Shown: one piece after another, positions 26,912 through 39,449 of the stretch
How the letters are laid out: every line of letters starts with the position of its first letter
Position numbering within the stretch: position 1 is the stretch's first letter
From: Octopus vulgaris
Lineage: Eukaryota
Reading direction: 5' to 3'
Length of the DNA: 64,000 bases
Assembly (NCBI GenBank): GCA_951406725.2
Contig: OX597833.1
Coordinates: 45,880,001-45,944,000, forward strand
The notes under the pieces: model-generated
Told to the model about the DNA's origin: nothing
What the model saw: the letters and a program-made list of their open reading frames with translations, nothing else
Database searches by the model: none
Made by a program: the position numbers and the translations under genes

Positions 26912-27152
26912 ACTACCAATCTAAGGTGGTGAACCGGCAGATCGTTAGGCAGCGGGCAAAATGTTTAGCAGCATCTCTTTTAGCTCTTTACGTTCTGAGC
27001 TCAAATGCAGCTGAAGCCGACTCTGCCTTTTAACCTCTCGAGATCAATAAAATAAGTACCAGTTGAGCACTGGGGTTGGTGTAATCGATTAGTCCCGCCT
27101 CCCTTCAAAACTACTGGCCTTGTGTCAAAATTTTAAAAGAATTGTTACCAAC

Positions 27153-27552
27153 ATAGGCGCAGGAGTGGCTGTGTGGTAAGTAGCTTGCTAACCAACCACA
27201 TGGTTCCGGGTTCAGTCCCACTGCGTGGCATCTTGGGCAAGTGTCTTCAACTATAGCCTCGGGCCGACCAAAGCCTTGTGAGTGGATTTGGTAGACGGAA
27301 ACTGAAAGAAGCCCGTCGTATATATGTATATATATATATATATGTGTGTGTATGTTTCTGTGTCTGTGTTTGTCCACCTAGCATTGCTTGACAACCGATG
27401 CTGGTGTGTTTACGTCGCCGTCACTTAGCGGTTCGGCAAAAGAGACCGATAGAATAAGTACTGGGCTTACAAAGAATAAGTCCCGGGGTCGATTTGCTCG
27501 ACTAAAGGCGGTGCTCCAGCATGGCCGCAGTCAAATGACTGAAACAAGTAAA
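27153..27552 (+). mobile_element. Family-2 SINE
   Basis: Near-identical to 23151-23550. Confidence 0.85.
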
Positions 27553-28329
27553 AAAAAACATAATGAAGACCATAATGTTAGCGCGCCGGAAAATGTACTT
27601 CTGGCTTTTTACGTTCTGAGTTCAAATGCTTCCAAGGTCAACTTTGCCTTTCATCCTTTTGGGGGATCGATAAAATTAAGTAACAGTTGAGCATTGGGGT
27701 CCTTGTAATCAGCTAACCACCCTCCCCACTAAAACTGATGGCCTTGTGCCAACATAACTGAAGTTAAATGGTTAAAATCAGTATTCGAAATCTTTTCGAG
27801 CACTAAACTTGCTGGAGGATTACTTTTAGACCACGGCACTCTTCAAATTGAAACGGACAAAGAAAAACTGAATTAACAATACTTTAAATTGCTATCATGA
27901 GTCAGTACCTTATTTCTTGTAAAGTTTATAACCTCAGTTTTATTTGCAGCCAAATTTGTTTCGTCATAGCAGCTACTTACTTCGAAAATAAATACTTTAA
28001 AATGATCAGTTATTAAATAATCAAAGGTGAATCTCTCTCTCCCCTTCACTCTTTCTTTCTCTCTCTCTCTATCTCCTTCTCACTTTCTTTCTTTCTTTCT
28101 TTCCTTCTTTCTTCCTTCTCTCATCCACCTACATAACCTAATCTTCTCATTGCGGGTTTTTGAGAAGTCCTCATTTTTTTGTGTTCGTTGCTCAAGTGTC
28201 ACGATTCGTATCCGCGAAGACGCCTGCTTGTACTTATACATTCATTGATTTATTAGGCATTTTTATTGTCATTTTATTAAGAATTTTTCAGTCAGTTGAT
28301 GCTTAGAACAATTAGTTTTTATCGTACAT

Positions 28330-28428
28330 CATTACGTCATTGTTCGATTGCTCTCATTTTTACCTCCTATATAATCTCAGCAAAGACAAGATTTTGAACA
28401 GACCTGCTTGGATCTTCGAAGAACAACC
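28330..28428 (+). promoter_or_regulatory. Possible core promoter or 5' UTR of gene B
   Basis: TTACGTCA (CRE-like) near 28332 and TATATAA near 28368, about 60 nt before the ATG; alternatively ctcag| at 28380 is an acceptor for a UTR exon. Confidence 0.3.
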
Positions 28429-28436
28429 ATGATTCG
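28429..28436 (+). CDS. Gene B exon 1 coding part (M-I-R)
   Basis: acaaccATG context, ATG ATT CG|gtgag; phase 2 fits exon 2 and completes a signal peptide. Confidence 0.6.
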
Positions 28437-28714
28437 GTGAGATTTCTTGCGCATTTCCTTTCATTTTTCTTCTCTTTCTGTCTGTCTTTCTATCCTTTGT
28501 CTGTATTTTACACTTTCTTTCTTTACACACACACACACACACGCACACATGACATTGTCGACCCCGGGACTTATTCTTTGTAATAACACCCAATATTTCT
28601 GCTGTTTTAACGGCGATACTGCATTACAAAATATGACTTTCTTGTTTGTATCGTACGATACACATTCGGCACTTCTAAAAACAAATGTAAGTTTGTTTAT
28701 ATACACACGTGGTT

Positions 28715-28760
<46 letters not shown>

Positions 28761-28974
28761 TAAATTAGAGATAAAACCACTATTAGGCAAATCATACAAT
28801 GAAAAACTTAAGCCAATACATAAGATTAATTAATTTATATTATTTTAAATATATATCAAAATTATTAAAAAAAGATAATTAGTATAACACTACGATCGTT
28901 TCATGGCTGTCCAATTCGTAAAAATTCGAGTTACAGTCATTCTTCAGGTGATTGAAATATTTAACTTGGCGAGG

Positions 28975-29030
<56 letters not shown>

Positions 29031-29533
29031 CAACCGCTAAAACGCTAATTTAAAGGAAATCTTTGGCGGTGACATGAACTTCTTTTATATATATAGCAAT
29101 TACTGTATAGGAGGAATAAGAGGGCAGATTGTGAAATACATGAAGCAAAGGGGATAAGTGAGAGTAGAAAATTTTGAGAATCATTGACGCAGACGATTCT
29201 TCGTTAGATGGAAATATTCACCTTTGTTCAGCTGAAAACCTGGCTGAGCAGACATAATGAAAACCTTTCAGCTATGACCACCCGTCTTTTTGAATCTCGA
29301 AGATAAATACTTTTATCTTATATTCTATGCAAGACAGTGTATCTGGAATTACATTATCCAATGTGTCATTCGCTAAGCATAAGGCGTAATCTAAGGCTAA
29401 ATTTGACTGGGTATTTTTCTAACGAGTAAAGACTCCCTCCTTGGCTTTTATAATTGCTTGAGGTTGTTAGATGCGGTTAGCCCTGTTTTGTTGAGATTGT
29501 TTAGCTACTGGTTAACTCTGATCAAACTGTATG

Positions 29534-29573
<40 letters not shown>

Positions 29574-31014
29574 CTTCATTGCCCACAAGAGGGGACAAAC
29601 AAAGACAGACAAAGGGACTAAGTCGATTACATCGACCCCAGTGCGTAACTGGTACTTTATTTATCGACCCCGGAAGAATGAAAGACAAAGTCGACCTCGG
29701 CGTATTTTGAACCCAGAACGTATTATATATATATAAGTGAATGATGGCATGGAAGAAGCAGTTCTATGCATGTATATGTGTGTGCCTGTATAGATATACG
29801 CACATATTCATATCTGGTATTCAGACACACATATATAGAAACATAGACACACTATCACGTTGAGATATATATAATGAAGCGTGCTTGTAATATATGACTG
29901 AAAATGAAGGATTAATGAAAGTATAACATTATTAGAAACGATTTTCGAATGAACTCCATTAATAAATGTCGATTGAGAAGTCAAAACTAACGTGTTATAA
30001 ACGAAAAGGCCAGATCGTTAGTTACGTGCTCGAAGTGAATAGGAATATCAATTATTGCAAAAGGATTAAAAAAAAAAAACAAGAAGTATCTTAGAAATCT
30101 GAAAGCTTACATTTAGAAAAAATTATGCAGGAGTGGCTGTGTGGTAAGTAGCTTGCTAACCAACCACATGGTTCCTGGTTCAGTCCCACTGCGTGGCACC
30201 TTGGGTAAGTGTCTTCTGCTATAGCCCCGGGCCGACCAATGCCTTGTGAGTGGATTTGGTAGACGGAAACTGAAAGAAGCTCGTCGTATATATGTATATA
30301 TATGTGTGTGTGCGCGTGTATGTTTGTGTGTCTGTGTTTGTCCCCCTAGCATTGCTTGACAACCGATGCTGGTGTGTTTACGTCCCCGTCACTTAGCGGT
30401 TCGGCAAAAGAGACCGATAGAATAAGTACTGGGCTTACAAAAGAATAAGTCCCGGGGTCGATTTGCTCGATTAAAGGCGGTGCTCCAGCATGGCCGCAAT
30501 CAAATGACTGAAACAAGTAAAAGAGTAAAAGAGCAAAGAGTATCTGTTTGCACATATCGGTTCAACAAACTGGAAGCAGTTGTCTGTTATGAACATAAAG
30601 GAATTTTGTGATGACGAAAAACAAAATGTAGTTTTGATTAGTTCGGGCGGAAATGAGGCTAGTTTACTACCGGAAGTTCGCACAGATAAAACATTTTTTT
30701 TTTTAATTAAGCGTAAAATGAGAAAAGAAGCATGAGATTTGTTGTTGTTTTCGCTCTTTTAACGAAGTGCAATTTCGTGAGCAATGAAACAATATGGCTT
30801 CCAGCTCATATTTAGCTATTATTACTTTAAACGAACTTGACTTCATATAACAGTATTCCACCTAATTCCTCCCTTAACTAATTGATAACTTCTTTACTTG
30901 ACTAATGGGAATGGTTAGTTCTTTTATATCGTCCTCTAATTTCTTTTTCTATTTTTGTGCGTGTTCTGTTTCAATGTAGTTATAGTTTTATATTTGTATG
31001 TGTTTTATACACAC

Positions 31015-31097
<83 letters not shown>

Positions 31098-31104
31098 CAC
31101 ATAT

Positions 31105-31147
<43 letters not shown>

Positions 31148-33827
31148 TAAAGAGAGGTAGAGAGATGCGAATATTTGAATATCCTGAATATTTCGTTATA
31201 TTTTGTATTGTTTTTTTTTTAATATAAGAAGAAAAGTAACAAACTATTACATTATTTACTCTCTTTTACTTGTTTCAGTCATTTGACTGCGGCCATTGAT
31301 ATCTTTTTTCTCTTTTCCTTTTCAGTCCATCTTTAATCTTATTACTGGCGATTCTACCTTGCATAGTTTTATGCTTGACACCTCTCCAAGATAAACAATG
31401 CCAAAGTGTCTACGCAAAAGCATCAAGAATAGTACGAAACAAATGTCTTTTTAGACGTTACGGATCTTGTAGCGGACGAAGGCATGGCGGAAGAAGATCG
31501 GGAGGAAGATCCGGAACATCAGATGCCATTGATGAACGACAAAACAGTATGTATAGCATTCTTAGTAATAATGGCTTCTAATTTAGGTACAAGGTCAGCG
31601 ATTTTAAAGGCATGAAATTAATCAGGCACTACTGATCCTAGCATTTGATTGGCAATTTATTGATCGACGCCGAAGAAATGAAATGTAATTTTGACATCGG
31701 CGGAATTGGAACTCAAAACATTTGGAACCAGAAGAAGTATGGCAATGTGGTTTTTCCCACGCTATAAACATTTTGACAATCCACTGCCCTTCATAATTCC
31801 TGATTTAGCGCAAGACCAGTAATTCTGAGGGAAGGGGTCTAGTCAGTACCATCAGATTCAGCAGCTGACTGGTACTTTATTTTATCGACCTCAGAGAGAT
31901 GAAATGCCAAACTTACCCCGGCGTGATTCGTTCTGATTTCAAACCCCGTTGCTTTCATGATTGAGTTCAAATGATCAGTCATAAAGATATCTATGAGCAA
32001 CTTGGGTGTTGGAGTGGATAAGAAAGGGTCTGCTTCTATTTGTGATTAACGTATATCTGCTCGTAGATTATTGAATTGTTTCTTGTTAACCGTCTATCGT
32101 TTGTAAAATCCTATGTAGTAAAAATGAATATATTTCTCAATCTGCATTTTATGTATTCCTTGTTGGCCTATATGCAGTACGTGCAAACAGGCCATCAGTA
32201 CCTTGTTAGCTATACGAAGCAGTGCAAAATTCATAAGTTCCCGGGGAGCGATAAACTCCTTACTTGCCTTCCATAGAGGTGCTCTTTTCTTATGGGAGGT
32301 GTCTTTTAATTTATATTCTACTAGCAGTATCGCCCGGCGTTGCTCGGGTTTGTAAGGGAAATAACTATATAAGCATTTTTAGAGAGTTACTTCCCTTATA
32401 GTTGCCAATTCGGGCTTTCTTAGCCATTTCTGTTTTGGTGTCTTCAAGCCATGAAGTCGTTGTTCTAAAAGAACGCTGGTCTCCTTGACAACGCTTTACG
32501 ACGTTGATTTCCTTACACTCCCTTCCCCACAGCTTCACGAGGGAGGGAAGAAGGGGGAGAAGCAAACAAGTGCAGGTGTTTGAGCGTGGACGCCAACTCC
32601 GCCGCCATCGACACACGAAAAATTATGCATTAAAATGGAATAAAAAATGATGTTAAATTATTTTTTAAATCGTAGACTCATCGTAGACGCGCGCTAATAG
32701 CCAGACGGGCTCGATATTAATCACGACTATAAGATACCCGAATTTGGTTAAACTGCACCGCAAAATGTGGGAGTAGTTAGGAATCTAAATCGAAGGGGAC
32801 AGACACTCACACAACTACAGTTTTATATATATAGATTTAAATATTTTCCCACTATGTCCAACAATTTTAAACATCTATTCCTTCTCCACGCATCCACTCA
32901 TCGCTGTCGCAAACGCTGGGGTAGTAAAACTGGTTGTGAACGGAAGATGGAACCGGTAATCATCGGCTCGTAACACAGAAGTAATTTTTTTTCACCACCC
33001 TTGAAGCTACAACCAATTGAACGACTGGTGGTGAACTAAAAGAAAGAAAAGAAACAGCTTCTGGAACCTCTTGTCATTAATAACTCTGCTGTTGTCCACT
33101 GATCTTTATCCTCTTCTGTCGTCCCATTTCTTCAGAGTAGAAAGCCTTCAAGTGGCCTTCACTTCCATACGTGTAACGGCTGGTCTTTCTGAATCAACCA
33201 TCTCATTACTTTTCTTTCTGCATCCATGACGGGGCACAGCTCCAGATTGGCCCAGTGGCCTTCGGGTATCATTAGGACTTCCCCTGATCACGTCGTTTGT
33301 AGTTGTTTTTTGGCACCATTCACTATTTGCTTGTACCGTGACACAAATGGGAAAACAAGCCAAGGGTCAATGTTATCACCAATGTGTTTCATCGCGTTGT
33401 TGTTGTTGCTGCTGTTGTTGTTATTGCTATTTTCAACCTTCGGGGTTGTTGTTTGGCATCTTCATGTTGCTGTTGTTCAACAGTTTGTTGTTACTGCCAT
33501 ACCTTACTATTCAACAATGCCTATAGCAATAGTGGTGGTAGCGTAGCAGTGTTGATTGAAAGAAAAGGAAGCCTTCAACTGTACAAGAAATGCAAGGAAA
33601 ATATTTTCCAACTCTTCTTTCTCTTTCTCATTCTCAAGACTTTCTACTTCAATTCTGTCGTTTTTGGAGCGAAATCCTCGACTCTTTGAATGACTCCAAA
33701 ATGTTAGGAAATGTAACAAAAAGTGCAACAAACATTCAGAAAAAGAAAACCTCAGAAGAATAAAACAAACTACAATTTGGGTAACACTTACAGAGAGATG
33801 AAAATGTGTGGTACTATGCCAGAGGCA

Positions 33828-33902
<75 letters not shown>

Positions 33903-34117
33903 CCTTTCTGCTTAAGGCACAAAACCTGAAATTTGGGGAGCTGGGACTAATCGATTAGATCGACTCTAGTGTTTCACTGGTACTTAATTTATCATCCCCG
34001 AAATGATGAAAGGCAAGGGTCGGAATCTGAACTCAGAGCGTAGCAGTAGATGAGATACCCCTACGCATTTCACCCGGTGTACTAACGATTCTGCCAGCTC
34101 ACTGCCTTAATGATAAT

Positions 34118-34173
<56 letters not shown>

Positions 34174-34624
34174 TGCCCTGATGCAGTACCAGGCAGTGGC
34201 TCTCATGGCTTCTGATCTTAACTGATTGGAAGTGTTATCAAGTACATTGTTTTGTCTTGGTATAAAAGATGGGCTGATGAGTGACGAACTAACCGCAAAA
34301 CCTGTCAGGTCAATATCTTTTGTTTTTCTAAACGCGAAAAGAATAACAAGATATATTTACATATATTCAGTTTCACAGCAAAGGTTTAACTACTTAACGT
34401 TACCTTACGATTCTAATGCAAGCTGTGTGATGCATGATTATTTGATTAATCACTAGAAGTTTTGTTAGCTTCATTGAGATCCAGCGAGGAAACCTTCAGT
34501 TGTATCGTCCCTCAAAATAATTTGAAACCGTCAGGGTCACTAACACTGTAATTTTCTCAAGATAACGGCATAGAGAAGTTAATAATAATAATAATAATCC
34601 TTTCTACTATAGGCACAAGGCCTG

Positions 34625-34666
<42 letters not shown>

Positions 34667-35216
34667 CCCTGATGCAGTACCAGGCAGTGGCTCTCATGGC
34701 TTCTGATCTTAACTGATTGGAAGTCTTATCATGATTGTTTTGTCTTGGTATAAAAGATGGGCTACAGCAAATATTCTGCTCAATACCACAGATTTGCTTG
34801 TCAGTTGTTTGACTTTAACCAGTTGATCATGTCCCTTAGTGGCTGACGATATGTGCATCTCTGATCACGAGCAGAAGTAGTGGGGGAGCATCATAGCCAT
34901 GTGTTGAGAGGGATTCTTTGGGGTTTGAATAATTCACCTCTGGAAACATGGGTGGTTCTTTCAACATCCTTAAACAACCCTTATTCAGGGACCTTTTGAG
35001 CGGGATGGGCTACTCAACCTGAAGAAAATTCTAACTGGGCCCCACCTGCAAGGTCAGGTGCTGTTTATCTTGATATGAGATCACCATGTCGCGCACATAT
35101 GGTTGTGATGCATGTGCCTGGTGTACCCTTATCAGACGGGTAGTCATGATGAGTATATTGGGCTTCGTATATTTTACCCCAGTGTCACTTTGATGGCATG
35201 CACTGCTCTCTCACTC

Positions 35217-35276
<60 letters not shown>

Positions 35277-35995
35277 CTTTCAACTTCCAGATCAAGCAGG
35301 AGCCAATACACGCAATGGAGACAATACAGCCAATGGAGCCAATGGAGCCAATGGAGCCAATAATGCTGGAACTGGTAACGCAGTAATCGATATTGGAAAC
35401 CTCACCCCAGCTGCTGCTGCTGCCGCCACAGCGAGAACCGCTGCTGCGGCTCAAGCTGCTGCTGCTGTCGCTGCAAACACCGCTGCTGCTGAAACCGCAA
35501 ACGCCGAAGCTGCAAATGCTGCTGCCGCCGCCGCTGCCGATGCTGCCATAGCCGCCGCTGCCGCTGCTGAAGAAGCCGCTGCCATTGCTGCTGCCAACCC
35601 TGACGACCCCGAAGCCGTTGCCAACGCCACCGCCGCCGCTGCTGTTGCTGCCGAAGCTGCTGCCCTAGCCGCCAGTACTGCTGCTGAGGCCGCCACCGCC
35701 AACGCTGCTGCTGCCGCTGCTGTTGCCGGTGCCGCCGCCGCTGCTGCTGCCGCCGTCACTGCCGAAGATGCTGCTGCTGCTGCAGCCGCTGCCGCTGCCG
35801 ATGCTGCTGCAGCTGCCGCCGCCGCTGCTGCTGCTGCCGCTGCCAATGACACTGTTGTGAACGGAGAGGCAGCTGTAGTCCTGCCGGATAACCAGTTGGC
35901 CATTGCTGAAACCGGTCTTGTATTTGTGGTCACTGGAAGACTGATTCAACAGCTGTAAGTCGATTGCTTAATTTCTTCTCCTCTCACTCCACCAT

Positions 35996-36044
<49 letters not shown>

Positions 36045-36051
36045 CCATCAC

Positions 36052-36086
<35 letters not shown>

Positions 36087-39000
36087 CCATCATCATCATC
36101 GTTGCTCCGCCATCTCCGGCGGTTTTGGCAGAAAAGTTAGAATGGTCGAACAAAAAAGGCGTAGCTGTAACAAAACTTGCTTCACAACCACATGGTTCCG
36201 GTTTCAATCCCAATGCGTGGCACCTTGGTCGAGTGTTTTCTATTATAGCCTCGGAGCTGGCAGAATCGTTAGGAAGCATTTCGTCCTTCTATATGTTTTG
36301 AGTTCAAATTCTGCCGAGGTCGACTTTGCCTTTCATCTTTTCGGACTCGAGAAAATATCTACATAGCTGAGTCTACGATAGAGTCCACTTGTACCCTTGC
36401 TAGCCTTATGCCAAAATTTGAAACCAGTAGTGGTAGTTGTAGTTGTATCTATCTGTTTGATCAGCATGTCATTGACATCAACTTTTATTCTCAGTCGAAA
36501 TTGCTTTGCAATCTTCATGCTTAATACGCCTCAGAACTATCATCACCTGCCCGTCAGTGCATTTGGTGGAATTCAACTCTGTTACATGAGATTTCTCCCA
36601 ACTTCCTTTCTACCCACTGCAAAGAATCACGAACGAGTGTGTACTGCTCTTCTTGTGAATATCGTTAGTGCAATTGAATAAAGTACGAACATGAGAAATA
36701 TATAGATAATTGTCCGCCATCTGTCCTTTCTTTATGAATTTACAGGTTACTTCTTATATTAATCTGTTCGTCAAAACTACAATCATTATTTTTCAGGTTA
36801 GACCAATTCTGAGAATACACCTGTAAAATTAAAAACGGGCTCTTGCCCTGTTGATCAGGCACCCGTGGCTTTTGTGGGAGTTTTCCATGTCACCTTTTTA
36901 CTGTTATTTAATGTTTACACGAATGTGAAAACCCTTTGTATCGTCTTGTGTTGTCTTTTATGTATAATTTATATTAGTCCTTGTGACCATTAAGAAAAAG
37001 AATAAATTATTTTTCAGGTTAGACGATGGAGCTATCACAGCAGAAAATCTTCTACCTGCAGTCCAGCCTCCCTTGGAACTTGTTGAGAATTGTCCGTTCG
37101 TCGAAGCCTTAACTTGTGATGCTACAGTTCCTTACCGTTCTGCTGATGGCTCTTGTAACAACATTCAGTTCCCCTACCTTGGCCGATCAAACACTCCTTT
37201 CGATCGTTATTTGCCAGCTATTTACGAAGACGGTAAGTTAGAATCAAAAATCTAGAGAGTCGGAATTAGTATCGCGCCCATGAAAATGTCAATAGAGAAA
37301 GACCCGGTTTCTAACCTAGATCCAAGGCTCCTTCACTGTATGTGTGCATATGTGCAGTATTTGGAGTCACTGTATGTGCAGATTTATATGATTTTTTATA
37401 TATGCTTTCTCACGCATATACTTGCATATCCAGACATGCACACTTAAGTGATAAATTTCTGGGAAGCCCTACAACTTTTTATAGTTCCGGTGATGACGTA
37501 GATCTGCTCCCTTCGAATCAGATTTATCCACTCTGGTTCTGAGAAGCCTTAATTTCTCAAGATTGTTACTTAGGCAGTGTGTTACGTATCCCAGTGCCCC
37601 AATAATTACAAGTATAAACCTGAACTTGTACTATGGGCAGAGTATTTTTCGCTGATCGTTAGCTGTATGTTAACATCCGCTAAGCAGCTGATTTCTACTG
37701 CTATGCTCAGTTTCTCTTCTCTATCCCTAATCACTATATCAAGTTGGTTATGTTTGCATTTTATTGGGGGTTTTAAGTGAGACATTCCGCCAGTGCTCCT
37801 TCTTATTATGCCTATGTATGTATGTATGTATGTATGTATGTATGTATGTATGTATGTATGTATGTGTGTATGTATGTATGTATGTATGTATGTATGTATG
37901 TATGTATGTATTATGTATGTATGTCTCTTCTAGTTTTTAATTATTATAACTCTTCCACTGAGGAGGGAGCCTGTTTCTAACAAAGATACAAGGCTCCATC
38001 TTTGGAATGTAGTTAAAACAAACAGATTCACATCTGGAACTTGAGAAAGTCTTGCTTTCTCCTTTCTGGTTTTGAGAACCTACATATGTATGTATGTATG
38101 TATGTATGTATGTGTGTATGTGTGTATGTGTGTATGTATGTATGTATGTATGTATGTATGTATGTATGTATGTATGTATGTATGTATGTATGTATGTATG
38201 TACATACGAAAATACCCTGTTGTTGAAATTCCAAAGCCTTGTCTCTAGGTTAGAAACAGGCTCTTCCTCTCTTAGTAAGAAATCTTGAAACAAGATTGAA
38301 TAATGACATACATGCATACATAAATACATACATATATACATATAAAATGGCATCGCGGGTTCGATTCTTCTGTAAATCCGCAGCTCGAGTTCCATTTTCA
38401 GTTTGTACTTATTTACTTGCTTTCATGTTCGATTTCATTAAACGGATTTCGAAAACGGACGGAAGCCATAAGATCCCCGTTTCACTTTCTCTACAAATCT
38501 GAGGTTTTCTACATAATCAAAAATAATAAAAGAAATCTTATACTTCAAAAATACACTGTGAATAAAATAAAATAAAATAAGATGTATCTTCTTTTTTTGT
38601 TTCTCAATAGATCTCAGCGCTCCTCGTGCTACCGGTGTTAATGGGGGAAACCTTCCCGGAGCCCGATTGATTAGTACAACATTCCATGGCGCCAGTACTC
38701 AAGAAAACGTCAATCCTGATTTTACCCATCTGCTAACAATGTTCGGTGTCTTCCTCAACCACGATCTTCAAGATTATCCTGCTATGCCAACAAGTGGTAA
38801 GGTCTTCCCTTAACCTCAATGGACTTTGCTTGATTATATACTCTTTAAATCTTTCTCTCTTACTCTTTTACTTGCTTCAGTCATTTTGACTGTGGCCATG
38901 CTGGAGCACTGCCTTTAGTCGAGCAAATCGACCCCAGGACTTATTCTTTGTTTGTAAGCCTTGTACTTATTCTATCGGTCTCTTTTGCCGAACCGCTAAT

Positions 39001-39131
39001 TGTGACGGGGACGTAAACACACCAGCATCGGTTGCCAAGTGATGTTGAGGGAACAAACACAGACACACAAACATACACACACCCACACACACACACAAAC
39101 ACACACACACTCACACACACACACACACACT

Positions 39132-39165
<34 letters not shown>

Positions 39166-39374
39166 CATACGTACATATATACGACGGGCTTCTTTCAGTT
39201 TCCGCCTACCAAATCCACTCACAAGACTGTGGTCGGCCCGAGGCTATAGTAGCAGACACTTGCCCAAGGTGCCACGCATGGGACTGAACCCGGAACCATG
39301 TGGTTGGTAAGCAAGCTACTTACCACAAAGCCACTCCTACGCCTATATATAGGCTATTATATGAATACAATTGG

Positions 39375-39411
<37 letters not shown>

Positions 39412-39414
39412 TAA

Positions 39415-39449
<35 letters not shown>

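Noticed and set aside
28633-28692. Alternative first-exon donor (…acaaat|gtaagt)
   Set aside because: The ATG frame here ends in phase 0 and does not join exon 2 in frame; 28429-28436 gives a proper signal peptide
33130-33560. Possible extra exon between exons 2 and 3 of gene B
   Set aside because: No phase-compatible open exon found, and exons 2 and 3 already join in frame; looks like old repeat and degenerate (TTG)n
35451-35933. Minus-strand poly-Ala/Ser ORF in the track
   Set aside because: Antisense shadow of gene B exon 3; GCN-rich sequence stays open on the reverse strand, and only the plus frame has fitting splice sites
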